Shown here: in pieces, positions 56,410 to 64,000 of the stretch
Position numbering within the stretch: the stretch's first letter is position 1
Layout: each line of letters opens with the position of its first letter
Assembly (NCBI GenBank): GCA_965222375.1
Contig: CBDCTZ010000016.1
Span: 576,001 to 640,000 of the forward strand
From: Polyangiaceae bacterium
Lineage (GTDB): Bacteria; Myxococcota_A; Polyangia; Polyangiales; Polyangiaceae
Direction: 5' to 3'
DNA: 64,000 nucleotides
The notes under the pieces: generated by a model
Databases searched by the model: none
What the model saw: the letters and a program-made list of their open reading frames with translations, nothing else
Told to the model about the DNA's origin: nothing
Translations under genes and position numbers: made by a program

Positions 56410-57885
56410 ATGAAACTTCGTGCCTTATTGCCCAAGAACCTCATTCTCTTTGGCGCCGGTGTCCCTCTTCTGGTTTTCGCATGTGGTAGCGACGACGCTG
56501 GCGGTGGTGGGTCTGTCGCAAAGACTCCTGGTCAACAGCTTTGCGAATCCCTGAAGAACAACATCACCGCCTGCGGTGCGAGCACTCCCTGCGACGATGC
56601 TCTGGTCGCCGACTGCGCCGGCGTCGTGGATATGCTCAGCGAGCAGTACCTCGTCACCACCAAGGGCTGCTTGGATGGCGGAGGGAGCCCCAGCGGCTGT
56701 CTCGCGTCTTCCTTCAAGGGCCTGACTCCCAGCTCGGCTCATCAGAGCTTCGCCAAGACGTTCTGCGGCGATTGCTTGGGCGGAGTCGTTCCCGCCTGTG
56801 AAGACCTCTTCTTTGGTCAGGGCGGCAGCATCCCGGATGACCTCAAGGTTGCCGGTGCGCTCATTCTGCCCCTCGGGGACGGACTGGTGAGCCAGATCGA
56901 ACAGGAGTGCGCAACGGCTAGCCCGTTGACGTGCGCAGCGAAGTTCTCGAGCTGCGCACAGGGTGTGTTGGCGCAGCAGGCCTTGCCCGCCGACACTCTC
57001 AAATGCCTCGTCGACGGGCTGATCGAAGGGGATACCGCAGTCAAGACTTGCACTAGCGACGGCGGGCTCGGTGGCAGCACCGGAAGCGGCGGATCTTCCG
57101 GCGCCACCGGGAGCGGTGGGTTCTCGGGCGGAGGCACCGGTGGGTTGGGTACTGGTGGTGTTGGCACCGGTGGCGGTGGCACTGGCGGCTTGGGCACGGC
57201 TGGCGCCGGAACCGGTGGCGTTGGCACCGGTGGCGCCGGCACCGGGGGTGTAGGCACGGGTGGCTCGGGGACTGGTGGGACCACTGGAACGTGCAGCAGC
57301 ACCACGGCCTTCGATTGTGGCGGAACCGACAAGTTCTGTTCGTCGGGCAGCTGCTCGACATGCGAGAGCGGAAAGCTCAACTGCAACGGCATCGCTGGCT
57401 GCGAATGTTCGGGAACCTGCAACGGCACCAGCTGTTCCACCTGCACGGATCCAGGACCGGAGCCGAACGACACTATCTCGCAGGCAGCCCCCGCTTGCTC
57501 CAAGTCTCCGTGCAATACCAGCGACTGCAACGCGCTGGGTGGCGGGACGGTGTCGGGTGTCATTCAGCCCGGCGACACCGACTACTTCACGTACAGCGGC
57601 ATCGATGACATCTGCAAGGCACAGCCTAAAGTGAGCACGCAGAGCAGTGGCATCCGGACCTGTGTCTTCGCCAAATGCAAAGACGGCAGTAGTGCTTACA
57701 AGGGTTGCGCCAAAGGCGTTCTTGGCACTAGCGGTTCCCTCAAGGGTTGCTGCAGGTCCACACCCGGTGATGTCGAGTTGGAAATTGATTGCCCTGGACT
57801 CAATGACTCGGCAACCGTTTACACGCGCATCACGGGCACCAACGCCAACGCCTGCACATCGTACAGCTTCGACTACGACTTCTGA
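56410..57885 (+). CDS. Cys/Gly-rich lipoprotein with C-terminal EPND (PPC-like) module
   Basis: RBS AGGAG; VFAC lipobox; helical Cys-rich domain; GTGG repeats; EPNDT...GDTDYF. Confidence 0.8.
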   Translation: MKLRALLPKNLILFGAGVPLLVFACGSDDAGGGGSVAKTPGQQLCESLKNNITACGASTPCDDALVADCAGVVDMLSEQYLVTTKGCLDGGGSPSGCLASSFKGLTPSSAHQSFAKTFCGDCLGGVVPACEDLFFGQGGSIPDDLKVAGALILPLGDGLVSQIEQECATASPLTCAAKFSSCAQGVLAQQALPADTLKCLVDGLIEGDTAVKTCTSDGGLGGSTGSGGSSGATGSGGFSGGGTGGLGTGGVGTGGGGTGGLGTAGAGTGGVGTGGAGTGGVGTGGSGTGGTTGTCSSTTAFDCGGTDKFCSSGSCSTCESGKLNCNGIAGCECSGTCNGTSCSTCTDPGPEPNDTISQAAPACSKSPCNTSDCNALGGGTVSGVIQPGDTDYFTYSGIDDICKAQPKVSTQSSGIRTCVFAKCKDGSSAYKGCAKGVLGTSGSLKGCCRSTPGDVELEIDCPGLNDSATVYTRITGTNANACTSYSFDYDF

Positions 57886-57980
57886 GGGGAGTTCCGCGAA
57901 GCCGCGGTGGGCCATTCGCGGCACTTGCGATCCGGGAAGGCGGGCGTGATATCCTCGCTGTCTTCCCGCGATCGCGCGCC

Positions 57981-58928
57981 ATGGAACCCGACACCCAAGA
58001 AGCCTTCGCCGACCGCTATGTCGTGAAAGAGGAGGTGGGCAATGGCGCCATGGGGGTCGTTCATCACGCCCTGGACCGGCAGACTGGCGAGAGCGTCGCC
58101 TTGAAGATGCTCAAGCCAGCTTTTGCCAGTAACGAGCGGGTATTGCGTCGGTTTCGGCGCGAGGCTGAAGCAGCGCGTTTGGTCAACCATCCCAATGTGG
58201 TTCGCTACATCGACAGCGGAGTGTGGCGTCGGACCCACTACGCGGCGATGGAGTTGGTCGAAGGGCCTACCCTCTCGGAGTACGTTGGAGACAATGGGCG
58301 GCTCGAGGCCACCACAGGGCTCCTGCTCATGGCTCAGTTGGCGCGTGGCCTGTCGGCGATTCACGCGGCCGGAGTGGTGCATCGCGATGTGAAACCGTCG
58401 AACCTGCTCCTGGTCGGACCTGGGGACCCGCCGCCCTTCATCAAGATCGCGGATTTCGGTCTGGCGAAGCTGGACCATCACCCGATCACAGGATCCATGA
58501 TGGCTATCGGCACCGCGGACTACATGTCCCCGGAGCAGGCGCTTTCCGAAGAGCAAGACCATCGGGCGGATGTCTACGCGCTGGGTGTCGTGACTTTCTT
58601 TGTTCTGACCGGAGAACTGCCCTACTTCGGCAAGAACCCAGCGCACTCTATGGCACACCAGATCTTCAGCACGCCCCCGCCCGCGTCCTGGCTGGTTGAC
58701 GATTTGGACCCCGCAATCGATCGCGTGGTGGCCACCGCGCTGCGCAAGGCGCCGCAGCACCGCTTTCAGACCATGGAAGACATGTGCAGAGCTCTCGAAG
58801 CGGCAGCCGGAAAACCCTGCGAGCCGCCGGAGCACCCCGTCATGACCGGCGATGACGAATACGAACCGAAGTCTGCCAACGGCGCCATGGTGCTCAAGGC
58901 ACTCCGTTCCGAATTCGGCAAGGCCTGA
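57981..58928 (+). CDS. Stand-alone cytoplasmic Ser/Thr protein kinase
   Basis: VGNGAMGVV, VALK, HRDVKPSN, DFG, GTADYMSPE. Confidence 0.92.
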   Translation: MEPDTQEAFADRYVVKEEVGNGAMGVVHHALDRQTGESVALKMLKPAFASNERVLRRFRREAEAARLVNHPNVVRYIDSGVWRRTHYAAMELVEGPTLSEYVGDNGRLEATTGLLLMAQLARGLSAIHAAGVVHRDVKPSNLLLVGPGDPPPFIKIADFGLAKLDHHPITGSMMAIGTADYMSPEQALSEEQDHRADVYALGVVTFFVLTGELPYFGKNPAHSMAHQIFSTPPPASWLVDDLDPAIDRVVATALRKAPQHRFQTMEDMCRALEAAAGKPCEPPEHPVMTGDDEYEPKSANGAMVLKALRSEFGKA

Positions 58929-58965
58929 TCCAACGACAGCGCGGCTAGTGGTGTCGAAGTGGTTC

Positions 58966-59997
58966 ATGCGCATCGCCGCATCAGTCATCACCCTGAGCCT
59001 CGCCTGCGCGTGCGGCGCCTCGCGATCACCCACGGCCACGCCGGCGGCGGGCTACGATTCCAAGGATGATCTGGCTCTGGCGCGTCAGAAGAACGCAGAA
59101 CCGCTGCCCGACGCGGCAGATGCCGGTCCAACAGTCAACGAAGACACGGATGTCGAAGTTGGCACGGCACCCGAGGAGCCCAGCGTGCCCGTGGTGGCCA
59201 CGACGCCCGCCCCCCGTCACGAACCAAAGGACGCGGACGTTCGCAGGGCACTCAGCGACGCAGACGACGGCAAGTTTGCCAGCGTATTGCGGCGCCTGCG
59301 CGCGCATATCAGGCGCATCGATCAGCAGGCGAGCCTGGAAGACCGCATGCTCGCGCGTGCGCTGCTGGGCCGTGGCTACGCCAAGGCACGGCAGTTAAAG
59401 GCCGCCCGCCGGGAGTACGACAAAGTGCTCCTAGCTTGGAAAGACCCCGGGGCCGCCATGCAGAAAATCACTGGTGGCGAAACCAATCGCGCCGCCTTGT
59501 CTCGCGCGGGCCAGGCGTTGAATGCGGTGGGAGAAGCGCTCTTCTTTCACGCGGAACAGAAACGCCGGATCGCCGCTGCGCTCAAGCCGCCCACTTACCA
59601 TGGGCCAGACACAGACGACGCCATCCAGAGGTTTGTGCAGAAGCGGGTTGCCGCATGGCTCAAGAAGCGCCGTCAGTTGATCGACGAAGCGCAGCGCGCC
59701 TATCAGAAGATCCCCACGCTCCGCCCCGCACTGCCGCCGCGGTGGGTAGTGGCGAGTGCTGCGCAAGTCGCGGCGATGCTCGAGGCTCTGATTTCTGACA
59801 TGCGCAGGGTCCCCTTGCCGCCTTCGGTTCGGAACAATCCCGAATCCAGGCGCGCCTACGAGCACGCCATGAGTAGATCTCTCAGGTACTTGCGCAGCGC
59901 CGAGTCTGCGGCGAACGCCACCTGCAGAGAGTACGCTCGCAAGTTTCGGGTGGAGTCGAAGTACAGCCGCCAGTGTGAAGCGGTCCAGCCCAAGTAG
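58966..59997 (+). CDS. TPR-like lipoprotein
   Basis: LACAC lipobox-like signal; helical repeats (ARALLGRGYAK, VGEALFFHAE). Confidence 0.65.
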   Translation: MRIAASVITLSLACACGASRSPTATPAAGYDSKDDLALARQKNAEPLPDAADAGPTVNEDTDVEVGTAPEEPSVPVVATTPAPRHEPKDADVRRALSDADDGKFASVLRRLRAHIRRIDQQASLEDRMLARALLGRGYAKARQLKAARREYDKVLLAWKDPGAAMQKITGGETNRAALSRAGQALNAVGEALFFHAEQKRRIAAALKPPTYHGPDTDDAIQRFVQKRVAAWLKKRRQLIDEAQRAYQKIPTLRPALPPRWVVASAAQVAAMLEALISDMRRVPLPPSVRNNPESRRAYEHAMSRSLRYLRSAESAANATCREYARKFRVESKYSRQCEAVQPK

Positions 59998-60155
59998 CCG
60001 CGTTCCACCTCAGCGCTGCAGCCGGACTGCGAAAACGTGCAGGACTCGCCGGCCCAGCAAACCCTGGGCGTGCCGGATCAGACAGGCGCCGTTTGGCCAG
60101 TCTTGCGCGCCGCCTGGCACAACTGCTAGGAAGCCTCCCCTACTGGAGATCCCCG

Positions 60156-60647
60156 ATGCAAGCTCGTGACGTAATGACCCACATGGTGCTCATCGCCGGC
60201 GCCGACTGGTCGCTGGCAGAGCTGAAGAACTTCCTGCTCGAAAATGGCATCACGGGTGCACCCGTGGTGGGAGAAGCAGGAGAGCTAGTGGGGGTCGTTT
60301 CGGCCACCGACTTGTTGCGCGATGATGCGAATGACGAGTCCGGTGAGGATACGACTCATGACTTCTATGCCGAGTCTCTCAGCCGCTCTCTGTCCGGTGC
60401 GGAAATGCGAACCCTGCATGTCGAGGCGGATACTTCACGAACCGTGCGAGACATCATGACTCCGTTGGTTTTCGGCGTAGACGCCGGCACTCCTCTGGAC
60501 GAGCTGGCAGACGTGATGGTTCGTGGTCGAGTGCATCGCGTCATCGTCACCCGTGAGGGCAAGGTTGCTGGAATCGTCTCCGCTCTCGACATGGTGCGCG
60601 CGCTTCGCGACACCCTGCGTGGTGAAACATCCGCTGCTAGCGGTTGA
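60156..60647 (+). CDS. CBS-pair protein
   Basis: ARDVMT, ITGAPVV, VGVVSATDL, VRDIMT, VHRVIV, GIVSALD; RBS GGAG. Confidence 0.9.
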   Translation: MQARDVMTHMVLIAGADWSLAELKNFLLENGITGAPVVGEAGELVGVVSATDLLRDDANDESGEDTTHDFYAESLSRSLSGAEMRTLHVEADTSRTVRDIMTPLVFGVDAGTPLDELADVMVRGRVHRVIVTREGKVAGIVSALDMVRALRDTLRGETSAASG

Positions 60648-60663
60648 GGTTGGGAAGGCTCGC

Positions 60664-61488
60664 GTGCGCTACCTCGCGGAACTGTCTTCTTGCATGGCAG
60701 TTGCCGCGTTGTTGTCAGCCTGTGACAAGACTCCTGCTCCAGCGACTCGCGAAGCACCGAAGGCAAGCGCTAGCGCCAAGTCCTACGATGAGAGTCCACG
60801 ACCCAAAGAGGGTGCCACGGAGACGGTGGTTACTGGCAAGGTCGTAGAGAAGCTCTCGCACCCTAGCTACAGCTACCTCTTGCTCGACACCGGCAACGAG
60901 AAGGTCTGGACCGCCGTTCCCCGTGCCGAAGTCGAACTCGGAAAGACCGTAACCGTCGAGCGCGCCATCTTGATGAGGGGCTTCAAGAGCCCGTCCCTGA
61001 AGCGGAATTTCGATCGGGTCTACTTTGGGGTTCTAAAGGGCCGAGGTGGTCCCGTGGCAGCACCCCATGGAAAAGGTGCTGCCCCCCATGGGTCCAGCGC
61101 TGCGCCGATGCCAACCACGCCGGCTCCGAAGCTTGAGCTCTCGAAGATCAAGCTGCGCAAGGCCGCCGGCCCAACGGCCAAGACGGTCCTCGAGGTCATC
61201 ACGGGGGCGACCAAGCTCGCAGGCAAACAAGTCGCCGTGCGAGGTGTCGTCATCAAGTTCAATTCCGGTATTCTCGGCAAGAACTGGATCCACCTGCAGG
61301 ATGGCACGGGCAAGGCCGAGGACAAGACCAACGACCTCACTGTGACCCTTCCCCTGAGCGAGAAAGCGGCTGTGGGCGAGACGGTCACGGTGCATGGCAA
61401 GCTCCTGACCAACCACGACCTGGGCAGCGGCTACCATTACAAGGCGCTACTGGAAGGCGCCCGTGTGGAACGTGCAGCGAACAAGTAG
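60664..61488 (+). CDS. Lipoprotein with two OB-fold-like domains
   Basis: LSAC lipobox; TGKVVE...YSYLLL...VWTAVP; VRGVVIKFNSGILGKNWIHLQDGTG. Start uncertain. Confidence 0.7.
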   Translation: MRYLAELSSCMAVAALLSACDKTPAPATREAPKASASAKSYDESPRPKEGATETVVTGKVVEKLSHPSYSYLLLDTGNEKVWTAVPRAEVELGKTVTVERAILMRGFKSPSLKRNFDRVYFGVLKGRGGPVAAPHGKGAAPHGSSAAPMPTTPAPKLELSKIKLRKAAGPTAKTVLEVITGATKLAGKQVAVRGVVIKFNSGILGKNWIHLQDGTGKAEDKTNDLTVTLPLSEKAAVGETVTVHGKLLTNHDLGSGYHYKALLEGARVERAANK

Positions 61489-61557
61489 CTTCGACACCTG
61501 AGCGTTTGCCCCGGTGTCAAATCGTTGACGTTGCGGGATCTGCCGGCTTCGCGTTCC

Positions 61558-64000
61558 ATGGACTTGGTGAGCCAGCTCGCTGCACACGTTTGGGCCCTGC
61601 ATCTCGTTTGCGCAGGATTGTACCTGTGTATGGCGGCCTACATCGTGGCTAGGGGGCCGAAAGCTCGCTTGAACTGGACCTGTGCAGCCATCAACGCCTG
61701 CTTCTTCCATTGGAGCTTGTCCCTCGCGGTGTGCCACCACCCGGATACTTCCCTCGAAAGAGCCGAGCTCTTCTACAGCGTTGGAAGCTTCGCTTGGGCC
61801 AGTTTCGCTAGTTTTGCGGCGCTGTTCATTGTCACGTTCCTGAAGTCGAATCTGTCGCGCGCATGGTGGTTCTGGCCTGCGCTGGTCATCCCTCCGGCGT
61901 TGGTCGTCAATGCGCAGTGGTCTGGCTGGGTTGCGGCTGGCTATCCATTGCAGGCCTGGGGGCATGGCTTTGCCTGGAAACACTCGTTTTGGTCCTACTT
62001 CTTCTTCGCCTACTACGCGATCTACATGAGCGCGGGGCTCGGCCTGCTGCTGCGCTCTTCGATGCGCTCGACCCATCCGGTCTTCGGCCGACAAGCGCGC
62101 ATCATCAGTTCCACGGCGTTCATACCCCTGGGCTTGTCCTCCCTGACGGACGTCGTGCTGCCCTACTTCGACATCTATGTCGTGCCAAACATGGCCCCGG
62201 ACTTCACGATCATCTGGGTGGCGGGTTTGGTGTACGCCATCGCCCAATACCGCATGCTCGAGCTGACGCCTTCGGGCGCTGCCGACGAGATCGTCTCGAC
62301 TGTGAACGAAGCGTTGCTCCTGGTCGACCCTCAGGGTCAAATCGCATGGGCGAACGTCGCTGCGCATGATCTGTTCGGGCGCGAAGAGTCCCAACTGCCG
62401 AAAAGCTCCTTGACCTACCTATTCCCTGGTTTGACGCCGGATGCCATGGAGGCCCTCACCAGGCGCAGCGGCGCAAGAATGAGCCTAGTGGCCCGACAGG
62501 GCAGTGGTGATGACGTACACGTACTGCTCTCGGCTTCCAGCATGACGGGCACCACCGGCGAGCCCCTGGGCTCTGTGCTGGCCGCTACGGACATTTCCGA
62601 CCTCAAAGCAGCCGAAGAACGCCTACGCAGCGCTCACGACGACTTGGAGCGCCGGGTCGTCGAGCGAACCGAGGAACTGTCCAGGGCGAACGAACAGATG
62701 GCTCACGAGGTCAGCGAACGCCAGAAGTCCGAAGAGCGCTACCGCCTTCTGATCGAAAGCATGCAGGAGGGCTTGTGGGTCATCGATGAAAAGGACAGAA
62801 CCAGCTTCGTCAATGCGCGCATGACGCAGATCCTCGGCTTCGAAGTGGGAGAGATGTTGGGGCGTGCACCTACGGAGTTCGGGCTCGAGGGAGAGCAATC
62901 GGATTTCGTCGAAGGGCTGGCGCAAGCGCGAGCTGGCGTGCACTCCGGTGCGGACTGGAAGCTCGTGGGTAAAGCCGGCGACCGGATGAGTGCGATCGTT
63001 CAGATCGCGCCGCTGATTGAGGAGGGCGAGTATGCGGGTGCTGTGCTCACCGTCGTGGACATGACCGAACGTGAGCGCCTACAGGCCCGGTTGGTTCATG
63101 CGGACCAAATGGCCAGCCTTGGCCTTCTGGCTGCTGGCGTGGGTCACGAGATCAACAACCCGCTGACCTACCTGCTCGACAACCTCCGAACCCTCGCCGA
63201 ACAGCTTCCCACCTATGAAAAGAGGCTCCCCAAGGACCACGAGTTTGCCGACCTGCTTCAGGCGGTGGAGGAGTCGCGGCTCGGAGCGGAACGCGTTCGC
63301 GACATTGTCTCGGATCTCCGAGCGTTCTCCCGCGTCGACGACGATCAGATGGTCCCCGTCGAGCCCAACAAGGTTCTCTCCACCGCCTTGAGCATGGCGC
63401 AAAACGAAATCCGTTTTCGGGCCAAGCTCGTCAAGGACTACGGTGAGGTTCCCCGGGTGCTCGGCGGCGAAGGCCGATTGTCTCAGGTGTTCCTCAACCT
63501 GCTGGTCAATGCCGCCCATGCCATTGATGAGGATAGCGTCGACGAACAGCAGATCATGGTGCGCACCCGGCGGGTCGGGGACGAGGTTCTGGTCGAAGTT
63601 CGAGATACCGGCTCGGGAATCGAGCCCGACCTGCTCGGGCGTCTGTTCGAGCCTTTCGTGACCACAAAGGAAGTCGGAAAGGGCTTTGGTCTGGGCCTGT
63701 CGATTTGCCACCAAACCGTGGCCGCTTTCGGAGGCCGAATTGAAGTCGAAAGTGAAGTGGGGGTTGGAAGTCTGTTCAAGGTTTGGCTCCCGGTGTATCA
63801 AGCCGAGTTGGAGCGAACGGTTCCCCAAATCGTCAGCCTCGACTTGACGCCCCTGCGAGGTGCTCGCGTACTCGTTGTTGATGATGAGCCGGTATTGCGA
63901 CGGGTGGTGAAGCGGGCCCTGGGTCGGGGCTGCACGGTCATCGATGCCGGGTCCGGAGAGCATGCGAAGCGGATCCTGACTCGTGACCAGAACTTCGCCG
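61558..64000 (+). CDS. Hybrid sensor histidine kinase (multi-TM + 2 PAS + HisKA + HATPase + receiver), runs off the right edge
   Basis: Read manually from ATG 61558: hydrophobic N-terminus; in-frame AGVGHEINNPL (His codon at 63145), QVFLNLLVNA, DTGSGI, GKGFGLGL, VLVVDDEP. Confidence 0.9.
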   Translation, partial: MDLVSQLAAHVWALHLVCAGLYLCMAAYIVARGPKARLNWTCAAINACFFHWSLSLAVCHHPDTSLERAELFYSVGSFAWASFASFAALFIVTFLKSNLSRAWWFWPALVIPPALVVNAQWSGWVAAGYPLQAWGHGFAWKHSFWSYFFFAYYAIYMSAGLGLLLRSSMRSTHPVFGRQARIISSTAFIPLGLSSLTDVVLPYFDIYVVPNMAPDFTIIWVAGLVYAIAQYRMLELTPSGAADEIVSTVNEALLLVDPQGQIAWANVAAHDLFGREESQLPKSSLTYLFPGLTPDAMEALTRRSGARMSLVARQGSGDDVHVLLSASSMTGTTGEPLGSVLAATDISDLKAAEERLRSAHDDLERRVVERTEELSRANEQMAHEVSERQKSEERYRLLIESMQEGLWVIDEKDRTSFVNARMTQILGFEVGEMLGRAPTEFGLEGEQSDFVEGLAQARAGVHSGADWKLVGKAGDRMSAIVQIAPLIEEGEYAGAVLTVVDMTERERLQARLVHADQMASLGLLAAGVGHEINNPLTYLLDNLRTLAEQLPTYEKRLPKDHEFADLLQAVEESRLGAERVRDIVSDLRAFSRVDDDQMVPVEPNKVLSTALSMAQNEIRFRAKLVKDYGEVPRVLGGEGRLSQVFLNLLVNAAHAIDEDSVDEQQIMVRTRRVGDEVLVEVRDTGSGIEPDLLGRLFEPFVTTKEVGKGFGLGLSICHQTVAAFGGRIEVESEVGVGSLFKVWLPVYQAELERTVPQIVSLDLTPLRGARVLVVDDEPVLRRVVKRALGRGCTVIDAGSGEHAKRILTRDQNFA

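Noticed and set aside
56425..59039. Long antisense ORFs (499 aa, 388 aa) and many similar shadow ORFs elsewhere
   Set aside because: They mirror well-supported genes on the other strand, which is expected at high GC, and show no motifs.
1..64000. CRISPR array, rRNA/tRNA, transposase/integrase, prophage
   Set aside because: No repeat-spacer series, RNA-gene signatures or mobile-element motifs seen; all repeats found are short or lie within coding linkers.

Overview
GC-rich chromosomal segment typical of a myxobacterium (Polyangiaceae/Sorangiineae-like; inferred from gene content). It holds about 55 genes: five Hanks-type Ser/Thr kinases plus one pseudokinase, four TPR/PEGA-like envelope proteins ending in -RF, one intact and one broken sigma54 activator, two ECF-type sigma factors (one truncated), a hybrid histidine kinase running off the right edge, about 13 Gly/Cys-rich lipoproteins, and enzymes (FabH, aldo/keto reductase, VanY-like carboxypeptidase, arylsulfotransferase, GH114 remnant, methyltransferase, metallophosphoesterase, peroxiredoxin-like, GIY-YIG). 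I saw no rRNA, tRNA, CRISPR array, transposase or phage gene. The most notable observations are: (1) a recurring kinase + TPR/PEGA + (FHA-sigma54 activator) + lipoprotein module, with a sigma54 promoter and twin palindromic enhancer-like sites at 56233-56345; (2) pervasive TANNNT-N6-start (leaderless-type) gene starts; (3) several junctions where gene remnants are fused tail-to-tail or head-to-tail; (4) unusual secreted fusions (Tat transglutaminase-like/vWA protein; Cys-rich ferritin-like lipoprotein). All family calls come from motif recognition by eye, not from database searches.
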